Virus record (IMG/VR): IMGVR_UViG_3300032237_000561
Span: 30,594-94,593 of that record
DNA length: 64,000 bases
DNA from: a virus
Taxonomy: Duplodnaviria; Caudoviricetes
Direction: 5' to 3' (one strand)
The notes below the pieces were generated by a model. It saw only the letters and a program-made list of their open reading frames with translations. It ran no database searches and was not told the origin of the DNA. Each line of letters starts with the position of its first letter. The first letter of the stretch is position 1. The translations under genes and the position numbers were made by a program. Below, one piece after another: positions 28,634-36,985 of the stretch.

Positions 28634-29126
28634 TTTCGGGTCGTCCCAAGTCGACAATATCGGTGAGTAAATGCAGCTTGACCTGGGGCAGCGCGTGAGT
28701 AGGTCCGTGACCAAGATCAGTAAGTGTTGACTTGTCTAACAGCTCCTGCGCTTCGGCATAGCCGACAAAATTAACAATGTTTTCCCGAACAATCGCCAAG
28801 ATATAAATGTCTGCCGGATTCTGCGCCTTCTTAGGGGTCGCGAGCAGACGACCATCTGTTCGGGTAGTCGCCTTGATGTCGATACGGATACCGTCAATCA
28901 CCGAATCAATGCTTCCGCTACGGGGCTTGACTCCGAAATCTGGATAAGTGTTAGTGGCCTTGCCCCAGGCCATCTCGGCCACCATGCCGGTCATCTCAAG
29001 CTCAATGGCCTGATGGTTTTTGTCAAGCCTCCGGTCGATGACACTCAACGACTGGTTGATACAACGCCGCATAGTCGACATGAAATGAACAACACCCATT
29101 TCGCTGGGATTAAGTTCGACAATCAT
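28623..29126 (-). CDS. Hypothetical protein, possible PD-(D/E)xK nuclease fold; lower GC than neighbours
   Basis: TAATG coupling to the helicase; AE...ID...IDIKAT. Confidence 0.6.
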   Translation of the reverse strand: MIVELNPSEMGVVHFMSTMRRCINQSLSVIDRRLDKNHQAIELEMTGMVAEMAWGKATNTYPDFGVKPRSGSIDSVIDGIRIDIKATTRTDGRLLATPKKAQNPADIYILAIVRENIVNFVGYAEAQELLDKSTLTDLGHGPTHALPQVKLHLLTDIVDLGRPEIMV

Positions 29127-30988
29127 TACGGTGCCTCTCCGAACAACAGCCATTCCAGGTTGTGGTTCTCATCGCGGGTGGAAAGGTCACCATAACTAAG
29201 TTCTTCTTGAGTTCCTTGCACCGCTGCGGCGAGTCGCCGACGATTTTCGCAGGTCTCCCACACCCGCTCCTCGACCGAGTCCTCGGTGATGAGGACGTAA
29301 GCCGTCAGGCCGTCCAGGTGGGAGTCGGCGCGGTCGATGCGGGCGTTGCGTTGGGCCAGGTCGTCATAGCTGTAGGTCGGGTCCACGTTGATCACGTAGC
29401 GGGCCTCTTGCAGGTTCAGGCCGTGGGTCCCGGCATCGCTGGAACAGAAGGCGGTGATGTTGGGGTCGGCTTTGAACCGGTCCTGGGCGCGCTGAGACTC
29501 TTTGGCCGACTGGCCGGTCCCGTAGTGCAGGACGTGCGGCACCGTGAGATGTCGGGCCAGCGGCAGCAGACCCAGCTCGGTCCAGTGGCAGAAGACCACC
29601 GCTTTGTCCTGGCCCTCCCGGATGTCGTCGAGGAGACCGTTAAGGACCTCGATCTTGGAGCTGTGCGCTGCATCGAGTAATTCAGGTCGCTCGGCGAGAA
29701 GCTCGGCGGCTTCAGGAGATGAGCTGTGCCGCAATGCTTCTGGGTTGATGCAGGCGATCCGGGCCATCAGATAGAAGGGGGACAGACCCTCACCGTTGCG
29801 GTGAGCGATCCGGGCCTTGGCGGTGATGAGGTCGAGTAGCTCACGGGTGCCAGGTGTCGCCTGGACCGAAACCTCCAGTGTCTCAATGCCTTTAAACTGT
29901 TCCCGAACTCCGGGGTCGGTCTTGCGGACCGCCATCGTCCGGTCCCCGACCCGGTGTCGGACCTCTTGGAGCTTGGTGAGGTTCCAGTCGTAGGTGGTGA
30001 AGGAGAACTGCCCGCCGCTCTTGGTCCGTACCGGGACGCTGTTGACCCGGTCGGCGTAGCGGGAGATGAAGTCGGTCTTGGTCGACAGCGGGTTGCGGGC
30101 CGGGCGACCGTCGAGGGAAAAGACATCCCTGAATCTCAGCGGATTGCCGCCGACGACGGTCGCCGACATCGGCCACACGGTGGCGGTACAGGCGGCGGTC
30201 AGCCGGTCCAGGGCCATCCTGGCCTTGTTCTGCCCGTTGTCGGTAATCAACTTGTGACCCTCGTCGAGGACCCACAAGACACGACGACCGAAGGTCAGGG
30301 CGGCGATCTCCTCCTCGTCGTGCCACAACTTTTCGTAATTCATGACAAAAACCTGGTGCGGATCGTCATACCCCTTACGACGCTTGGCCTTGGTCCCGTC
30401 GTTGATCACCGCATCCAGACCGGCGGGGTTGACGAAGGTCCGGCGCAGGTTTTCCTTGAGCTTGCTCAGGGTGCAGGCGATGACGAGGTCGATGTCGTCG
30501 GAGTCGAAGAGGGCCTTGGCGGCGGCACCGGAAGTGAAACTCTTTCCGGCACCGGCAGACCAATTCCAGAAGTACAGCCGGTCGGGGCTTTCGGTGCCCT
30601 GACGGGCACGCTCCAGGGCACGATTGAGGGAGAAGGTCTGAAAGGGCCGGAGCGTGTATCCCTCGATCTCCAGGGGCTGTGACCAGCGTTCTATATCAGA
30701 TTGGATATGAGCGGTCGAGGGGGTCCAGAAGACGTGGTAGCCGTCCTGGCCCAGGAGGTCGGTGAATCGACGAGCGAGGTGAACCTCGTTGAGGATCAGG
30801 TGACGGGACATCCAGTCCTCGTAGGAGCCGTAGAACAGTCCCCGAGCGGTCGCATCGAGCGGCTCAAAGCTCAGGTATCCGGGGTAGTCGGGGTGTTCCT
30901 CGACAAGGATGATCCGGGCCGGTGGGATGCCCGAGTCCAAAAGGTCGGCGACGCGCTTCTCCACGTCATCCAGGGTGGGTAACGACAT
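29126..30988 (-). CDS. SF2 (SNF2-like) helicase
   Basis: AGAGKS, DEGH, SAT and GLNLQ...QRNARIDR motifs. Confidence 0.9.
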   Translation of the reverse strand: MSLPTLDDVEKRVADLLDSGIPPARIILVEEHPDYPGYLSFEPLDATARGLFYGSYEDWMSRHLILNEVHLARRFTDLLGQDGYHVFWTPSTAHIQSDIERWSQPLEIEGYTLRPFQTFSLNRALERARQGTESPDRLYFWNWSAGAGKSFTSGAAAKALFDSDDIDLVIACTLSKLKENLRRTFVNPAGLDAVINDGTKAKRRKGYDDPHQVFVMNYEKLWHDEEEIAALTFGRRVLWVLDEGHKLITDNGQNKARMALDRLTAACTATVWPMSATVVGGNPLRFRDVFSLDGRPARNPLSTKTDFISRYADRVNSVPVRTKSGGQFSFTTYDWNLTKLQEVRHRVGDRTMAVRKTDPGVREQFKGIETLEVSVQATPGTRELLDLITAKARIAHRNGEGLSPFYLMARIACINPEALRHSSSPEAAELLAERPELLDAAHSSKIEVLNGLLDDIREGQDKAVVFCHWTELGLLPLARHLTVPHVLHYGTGQSAKESQRAQDRFKADPNITAFCSSDAGTHGLNLQEARYVINVDPTYSYDDLAQRNARIDRADSHLDGLTAYVLITEDSVEERVWETCENRRRLAAAVQGTQEELSYGDLSTRDENHNLEWLLFGEAP

Positions 30989-31008
30989 GATGTGTAGAGA
31001 CTACAGGA

Positions 31009-31782
31009 TCAGAACGGGTATCCATAGCGACTGGCGGTGATGTGATCGTCACGAAGCCCGTGATCCATGATCGGGTTCCAGTCATTTCCGTAATGACTGA
31101 AGTCGTCGGACTCTTCGGCGTTGTGCGGCACTCTGAGGTCTCGTATTGTCAGCGGGGCCTTCTTATGCTTGAGCATGACTTCGTACTCGTGGTTGAAGTT
31201 TCCAGACCCGGCACGGTTGTGGTTTTCACCGGCATGATTCCAGTCGGCATCAAGGAAGGTCGGCAAGTACCGCCCGTACCCGGAAGAGTTGTATGACCCT
31301 TCCCCGATCCCTCGACCGTAATTGTCGGCAACATCAAAGTCGGTACTCCAATGCTCCCCGGTGCCGCCCTTGGCCCTGAAACCGTCCAGAATTGCGTCGG
31401 CCAGTCCGGGGTGGTCGAACTCGCCGCCCCGGTCGTCGTAACGGATGTCAGCATCGGGGAACAGTCCAGGGTCATCGACCGGCTGGCCCTGGCCGTAGGT
31501 CATCTGCCAGACCTTGCGGAAAGCCGGGTCGTGAGTGTCAATGGGAACGCCGCGCATCAGGCGACCGACCTCACCCTTGACCTTTTCCATACCGGGAAGG
31601 GTCGGCTGGGGTAGCCGTTCTTTGCCGGAAAACTCAGAGTTTTTGGGACGAGATGCCCACTCGGCTTGGGCACCCGGATCGCCCTTGATTTTCTTCTCGT
31701 AATTTTTACGATCCCTGGTCGGGCCATGAGTCCACGGCCCCAGCATTTCTGCTTGCTCGCGGGCGGTGATGATGCGGCGCAT
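31009..31782 (-). CDS. Putative ADP-ribosyltransferase (R-S-E clade)
   Basis: LMRG, HWSTD and HEYEV occur in the canonical order; GGAGG RBS. Confidence 0.6.
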   Translation of the reverse strand: MRRIITAREQAEMLGPWTHGPTRDRKNYEKKIKGDPGAQAEWASRPKNSEFSGKERLPQPTLPGMEKVKGEVGRLMRGVPIDTHDPAFRKVWQMTYGQGQPVDDPGLFPDADIRYDDRGGEFDHPGLADAILDGFRAKGGTGEHWSTDFDVADNYGRGIGEGSYNSSGYGRYLPTFLDADWNHAGENHNRAGSGNFNHEYEVMLKHKKAPLTIRDLRVPHNAEESDDFSHYGNDWNPIMDHGLRDDHITASRYGYPF

Positions 31783-31838
31783 GAAACGACCTCCTGCTGA
31801 TTCAAGGCGGTCATGGCCGACACGGCAGGGGGAGGGTG

Positions 31839-31867
31839 TTGCACCCCGAATGACACGGGTGTAACTT
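31839..31867 (+). promoter_or_regulatory. SigA-type promoter
   Basis: TTGCAC-17 nt-TAACTT. Confidence 0.6.
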
Positions 31868-31872
31868 GTGGC

Positions 31873-32290
31873 GAAGGCCCCCGACTACAAGAGCCGAGGG
31901 CCTTCACAACTTAATAAAAAACATCCACCAGAGATTTTACCTCACACTCTAAACTGGGTCAAACCCCCAGTCATCTCCCGAGGTCTCCGGTTAACAGCCG
32001 GAAGCAAGAGCCGTCAGAGGGTGTGTCCCTCCGACCCGCCACCCGGCAGCGTTCAAGGCAGACCCGGCGTGCAAGTACCCACGAGGTGGCGGGATATGTC
32101 CGGTTCTGCGGCAGGCGAGTAATACCCGTAGCCGACAGTGACGCGACGACCCTGCGGGCAGTGAAATACCATAAGGAACCCCAGGACTCGGTAAACGGAC
32201 GGGGGTCATTCCCTGTTGTTTCGCGGTGCTGTTCCTGCTAGTGCAGGGACAGCTCTGCTCTCCCCTTCCTGGTGCCGGATCAGGGGATGA
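31873..32290 (+). ncRNA. Candidate large structured RNA
   Basis: Eight consecutive helices found by eye; no credible ORF; promoter directly upstream. Confidence 0.55.
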
Positions 32291-32331
32291 AAAGACCAAA
32301 GAAACATCAGAGATGCTGTAGTGTGACCCAC

Positions 32332-32715
32332 ATGCAAGTCAAGGATGAACGTCTCTGGCTAGAACAGCTCTCGGAGCTGAAGGCCGATGAGATGAGCCAG
32401 AAGTTCTCCGATTTCCTGGTTTTCTGGGGTAATACTGCCGACACTATGCTGGGCGAGAGCAATGAAGATTTACAGCCATATGATGCGGTAAGCAAAGCCT
32501 TTGAGGTAGCCGAGCAAACTTTTGGCTTCCTGTCGGTCGAGTGGCTAGGGCAGATGCTCCTGGTGATCATCGAGCACTGGTTCCAGGGCGATTGTCTGTG
32601 GGATTCGCTGTCGTTGTTCGAGCGTCGTATGGTCGAACAGGCGACCGCCTTGAAGATCGTGGAGATGCAGAACCTCGCCGCCGAGAGTGTGCCGACACCA
32701 GCGGAAACGCCGTAG
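32332..32715 (+). CDS. Hypothetical protein (probably leaderless)
   Basis: ATG lies 7 nt after TGTAGTGT. Confidence 0.7.
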   Translation: MQVKDERLWLEQLSELKADEMSQKFSDFLVFWGNTADTMLGESNEDLQPYDAVSKAFEVAEQTFGFLSVEWLGQMLLVIIEHWFQGDCLWDSLSLFERRMVEQATALKIVEMQNLAAESVPTPAETP

Positions 32716-32781
32716 TTTGACTTTGTCTGGGCTATAGCTTATTCTGGTGATACCACCCACTGAGACGAAAGAAGTGATCAC

Positions 32782-33510
32782 ATGACCAAGCCAAACAAGA
32801 ACCTCGCCCCCAACGAGATCATCGCGTTGCTGAAGAAGCACGACAAGAATCTCGTCAAGGCCATCCTCAAGGAGGTCGACACCGCTGCCGCTCAGGAGAA
32901 GAGCGGTAACAACGTCGAGCTGCGGAAGGCGGCGATGCAGAAGGCCCTCAAGGATTCCAACAGCATCGTCCTGGCCAAGTACACCGAGGCCGCGAATGAC
33001 CTGATCCCGTTCGGCCAGAAGCTGTCGGCCAACGGCGACCGGATCGTCTCTGAGGGTCTCGACGAGAACGAGGTCGTCACCGCGATGGAGCTGTACCTCA
33101 AGGTCAAGCTGACCACCGAGGGCGCGGATGCCATGAAGGACATGGTCCGCAACATGGTCTTCCGTTCGATGGACTTGGCTGCCGCCGAGCAGGGCGAGGA
33201 ATTCCCCGAGCACACCAACATGGTGATGGACGTGCCCGAGATCGGTAAGCGTTTTTGCCGCGAAGGTGCGGGCCGTAAGGATGCCGAGTTCGACATGGAC
33301 GCGCTGCGCGCTTCTGTCGGCGATGAGGTCTTCTTCGCCATCACCACCGAGAAGGTCGAGGTCACCCGTGTGGTGGACGACCAGGCCCTCTCGGTGGCCA
33401 TCCTGGCCAACCCGCAGATCATGGAAAAGATGCGGGACGCGGTCGCCCCCGGTGAGTGGAAATCCGCTCGCCTGATGGTCCGGGACATCCCGGCCAACGA
33501 GAAGGAGTAA
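32782..33510 (+). CDS. Hypothetical protein
   Basis: Upstream TTGACT...TATTCT promoter; strong codon bias. Confidence 0.85.
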   Translation: MTKPNKNLAPNEIIALLKKHDKNLVKAILKEVDTAAAQEKSGNNVELRKAAMQKALKDSNSIVLAKYTEAANDLIPFGQKLSANGDRIVSEGLDENEVVTAMELYLKVKLTTEGADAMKDMVRNMVFRSMDLAAAEQGEEFPEHTNMVMDVPEIGKRFCREGAGRKDAEFDMDALRASVGDEVFFAITTEKVEVTRVVDDQALSVAILANPQIMEKMRDAVAPGEWKSARLMVRDIPANEKE

Positions 33511-33513
33511 CAG

Positions 33514-34122
33514 ATGAACGACAGCGACACTATTGTCGAGGTCGTGGATCACACTACTGATCGCCCCGTTTTTAGCGAACGGGGCGATCAGCCTGTCCAC
33601 GCCGAAGAAGACGAAAAACCCACCAAGCCGAAGAAGCCCCGTAAGCGTAGGAACCCCCGCGCCGCTGATGAGATGAGCGACGAGGAGCTACTCCGCGATG
33701 CCGGGGTCGAGCCGATCTTCTCGACTTCTGAGGCGGCGGAATTCTTCGACCGGAGTAACCAATGGCTTTACTGGGGTCTCCGGGAGCAGGTCTTCACCGA
33801 GGCCGACGGGACCCCCATCGACCCAGACCGGATCGGTCACCCGGTACGCGGTCGGCGGCGTTTCACGATCCCGTTGCTCCGGGAGATCATGAAGTCGAGC
33901 TACCGACGGGGCAACCTCGACAGCGAGCAGCTGACGACCATCATGCGCCGGATCAAGTTCGCCGAGCAGGGCGTGGAGTGGCGCGAACGGGAGGGCTGGA
34001 ATTACACCCACCTGGGCCGTAACCGGTACCGGTGGCTCAAGCCCGAGATGACGGTCTGGAACTCCAAAGCCGGGGAGTGGAACCTGCACCCCGACGTGAA
34101 GCTCCGTAGCCACACCGACTGA
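33514..34122 (+). CDS. HTH DNA-binding protein (MerR/excisionase-like)
   Basis: FSTSEAAEFFDRSNQWLYW...GRRRFT. Confidence 0.7.
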   Translation: MNDSDTIVEVVDHTTDRPVFSERGDQPVHAEEDEKPTKPKKPRKRRNPRAADEMSDEELLRDAGVEPIFSTSEAAEFFDRSNQWLYWGLREQVFTEADGTPIDPDRIGHPVRGRRRFTIPLLREIMKSSYRRGNLDSEQLTTIMRRIKFAEQGVEWREREGWNYTHLGRNRYRWLKPEMTVWNSKAGEWNLHPDVKLRSHTD

Positions 34123-35279
34123 TGACCGACCCGCAGGAAGCCCTACGTCGGGTGATCGAGACGGACGTGCTGGGGCCGCGACTGAGAGATCAGATCGCGG
34201 TCCTGGCATTGTCTGCCGATGATCCCCTGCCGGTCGCCCGCGCCGATCTTTTGTATCTGTGGGACGACTACCACACCGAGATGCTGGACTTCGCGATGAC
34301 GGTCAGCCCCTTGGGTCACCGTCATGCCCCCATCATCGGGACCCTCATCGAGCACATGAACCATTACGGCTTCACGGCCCCTCAGGGGCAGCATGCGCTT
34401 CGTTGGCCTGTCCTGTACGCCAAGGACATCTCTGACAGCTTCTCGGGGCCGTCAGAGGCCCGCAAGGTGCTGTTCTGTGAGGGTTCCCATGAGGCAATCA
34501 GTCAGGCGGTCCTGTTGGCCCGACATCACACCGAGAGGTTTGAGACGGCGGTCCTCGACACCGGGTGGCACGACTGGCTCCCCAGCCGTCAGCTGTTCTC
34601 CTACGACGACTGGAACCGGGTCGACTGGGCACGGTACGGGGCACTGGTGATGGCCCCGGTCGACAGCTCTTACGCTCAGGTCCCTGCGGCCCGTGAGTGG
34701 ATGATGAGTGCCCGGACCGCCGGGGTCCCGGTCATTATGGACGAGACCGTCACCGGCTTCGGTCGGACCGGATTGCTGTGGGGCCAGGAGCACATCGGCA
34801 TGGTGGCCGAGATGACCGTCCTGGGTGGCCCCGTCGGTGGCGGTCTGCCTCTGGGTGCGGTGGTCGGTCTGCCGGATTTCTTCACCAACACCGAGGTGAT
34901 GTCGCGGACCGGTCCCCTGGCCGGTCACCCGTGGGCCTGCGCCGCCGGACAGATCACCCTGTCCGCGATCCATGCCGGGGTCCTCGAACATGTCGTCGAG
35001 TCTGCTGCGGTCCTCTCCACCGCCCTGGACGGTCTCCAGGGGCAGTTCCCGGACCGGATCACCGGACACCACGGTGTCGGGCTTCTCCGGGCGATCCGTT
35101 TCCATGACCCGGACCGCGCCGCCGCGCTCCCCCTCGCCGCCCGCGCCCACGGCCTACATCTGCCACCGGCGGTCGGGGACACGGTCCTGCTGGCCCCGGC
35201 CCTGGTATCGAGCACCTACGAGGTGACACGCGGGGTCGACCTGATGGCTGCGGTGCTGATGTCCTGGGAGGATAGCTGA
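34122..35279 (+). CDS. Class III aminotransferase-fold protein lacking the Schiff-base Lys
   Basis: DETVTGFGRTG and GGGLPLGA are present; Gly occupies the expected Lys position. Confidence 0.8.
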   Translation: MTDPQEALRRVIETDVLGPRLRDQIAVLALSADDPLPVARADLLYLWDDYHTEMLDFAMTVSPLGHRHAPIIGTLIEHMNHYGFTAPQGQHALRWPVLYAKDISDSFSGPSEARKVLFCEGSHEAISQAVLLARHHTERFETAVLDTGWHDWLPSRQLFSYDDWNRVDWARYGALVMAPVDSSYAQVPAAREWMMSARTAGVPVIMDETVTGFGRTGLLWGQEHIGMVAEMTVLGGPVGGGLPLGAVVGLPDFFTNTEVMSRTGPLAGHPWACAAGQITLSAIHAGVLEHVVESAAVLSTALDGLQGQFPDRITGHHGVGLLRAIRFHDPDRAAALPLAARAHGLHLPPAVGDTVLLAPALVSSTYEVTRGVDLMAAVLMSWEDS

Positions 35280-35313
35280 ACCAGGTCAACCGAGTCGGGA
35301 GAGTCCAGAAGTC

Positions 35314-35742
35314 ATGACAGTAATTGTGGTGCCACAGTGGACAGAGGACGACGACGTGAGCCGAACCGGCGATATCGACATCGGTCTTGAGTCTGATCAG
35401 ATCATGCAGCGGTACCTGGTCCGTCGGATTTTCCGTGAGGTCGAGTTCAAGGTCAAAGAGTCCGATGGGCAGATCATCGTCGGCTATATCACCGGATTCG
35501 ACGACAAATGTCTACAGATGTCGACGACCCCCGAGCATGAGGCCGATGAACCGCATTCGGTCCTGATCTTCTGGCCGGTCGCCAAGATCGAGGAGACCGG
35601 TCGTCGACTAGAAGACCTGGAGCATGAGCACCGTTCAAAAATCCGAAGCTACAGCCATGCGCTCAAGTCGCAGTGCGAGTCGGTACTGACCAATCGCAGT
35701 TCACAGCAGAATCGGAAACGCGACACCGCCACCCTCACCTGA
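35314..35742 (+). CDS. Hypothetical protein (possible Sm-like fold)
   Basis: GGAGAG RBS; IVGYITGFDD. Confidence 0.7.
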   Translation: MTVIVVPQWTEDDDVSRTGDIDIGLESDQIMQRYLVRRIFREVEFKVKESDGQIIVGYITGFDDKCLQMSTTPEHEADEPHSVLIFWPVAKIEETGRRLEDLEHEHRSKIRSYSHALKSQCESVLTNRSSQQNRKRDTATLT

Positions 35743-35763
35743 TTTCCCCCGTCATGGGTTATA

Positions 35764-35781
35764 GTGATCCTGCAGGATCAC
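35764..35781. promoter_or_regulatory. Perfect 18-bp palindrome at a predicted transcription start (operator candidate)
   Basis: GTGATCCTGCAGGATCAC overlaps the end of the TATAGT -10 at 35760-35765. Confidence 0.6.
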
Positions 35782-35807
35782 GATATGGCGAAAGAGGTTG
35801 GAGATAC

Positions 35808-36200
35808 GTGGCTTTCAGTGATACGGACCCCCTGGAAAAAGACATGGGCGTGCGGTGCGAGGACATGAACCCCGACCAGCTCGTGACCTACATCAAGACC
35901 TACCAGGAAGCCTTCGGGCTGAACCTCAAGATCGACGGCTTCCCCGAGCGTGCGGTCTTCAAGGGCATGCAACGCATCTATGGACAGACCGATGCCGGTC
36001 TCATCGTCAAGTGGGTTTTCTACAAGTACAAGGGCCGATACGACAACGAACCGGTCCGGCACCTCTCGTTCGCCAAGGGACGTAAATGGTGGGTTGACAA
36101 GATGCACCTGGAGATGCAGGAAGAGCTGCGCCGCGCCGCGCCGATGTCCTACACCGCCTCTGCCGCCGCGTTCGGTGTCCGAAGCCTGTCGGACTTGTGA
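35808..36200 (+). CDS. Hypothetical replication-associated protein
   Basis: GTG start after GGAG; GTGA overlap with the dnaC-like gene. Confidence 0.75.
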   Translation: MAFSDTDPLEKDMGVRCEDMNPDQLVTYIKTYQEAFGLNLKIDGFPERAVFKGMQRIYGQTDAGLIVKWVFYKYKGRYDNEPVRHLSFAKGRKWWVDKMHLEMQEELRRAAPMSYTASAAAFGVRSLSDL

Positions 36201-36985
36201 GTGACATCCGAACCCGCTACCTCACCGACACCGAGGCCGAGCGGATGTACCGTAACCACCCCCAGCTGGGTCGCTCCTGGGAGAAATACTGTCCGACGTG
36301 TGACAAGACCGGGAGCTACTTCTGGCGCGGCAGGGACAACATCTGCGACTGTGAGTATCAGCTGCAATTGCACAAGCATTACCTCGCTGCCGGGGTCGGG
36401 GTGACCTACCAGAGGCTGGACTGGGACGACTACGCCGGTCCCATCGAGGCCCTCACCGGGGTCACCAAGTACCTCGACCGCCGGGAGCAGTTCCTCCGGC
36501 GGGGGATGGGTATCTATTTCCTCGGTTCCTACGGGACCGGAAAGACCATGCTCGCCAATCTGGTCCTCAAGGAACTTGTAAAGGATGGGTTTACATGCTG
36601 GGCGACGACCTTCTCCCAGACTGTAGAGATGTTCACCGCTGGGTGGAGCGACAAGGCCGACAAGAATTACTTCCAGACCAAGTTCATCAACAGCCAGGTC
36701 CTGCTCCTTGATGATGTCGGCAAGGAACTGCGCGGGACCCGAATTGCCTTGGCAGAGACCACATTTGACGCGATCCTGCGTCAACGTGTCCAGGCCGGTA
36801 GGACCACTTTCATCACCACCAACATGAGCCACGATGAGCTGGAAGACGGTTACGGTTCGGCGATCTTGAGCCTGCTCCGGGAAAAGTCTCTGGTCCAGGC
36901 ATTCGAGGGCAACGACTTCCGGGTCGCGGCCAACGACCGTGAGGTCTCTGAGGTATTCCGGGGGGAGGTGAGACCAATTGTCTAG
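36197..36985 (+). CDS. dnaC: DnaC/IstB-like helicase loader
   Basis: GSYGTGKT, LLLDDVGKE, TFITTN; N-terminal CPTC/CDC. Confidence 0.9.
   Translation: MSDIRTRYLTDTEAERMYRNHPQLGRSWEKYCPTCDKTGSYFWRGRDNICDCEYQLQLHKHYLAAGVGVTYQRLDWDDYAGPIEALTGVTKYLDRREQFLRRGMGIYFLGSYGTGKTMLANLVLKELVKDGFTCWATTFSQTVEMFTAGWSDKADKNYFQTKFINSQVLLLDDVGKELRGTRIALAETTFDAILRQRVQAGRTTFITTNMSHDELEDGYGSAILSLLREKSLVQAFEGNDFRVAANDREVSEVFRGEVRPIV

Noticed and set aside
31873-32290. tmRNA, RNase P or self-splicing intron identity for the structured region
   Set aside because: No GGGGCU/UCCACCA ends, no GAGGAAAGUCC core, no flanking split exons, and no recognisable group I/II catalytic motifs
31868-32299. ORFs 31868..32122(+), 32023..32241(+) and 31991..32299(-)
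   Set aside because: No RBS, atypical codon usage, and the region is better explained by RNA structure
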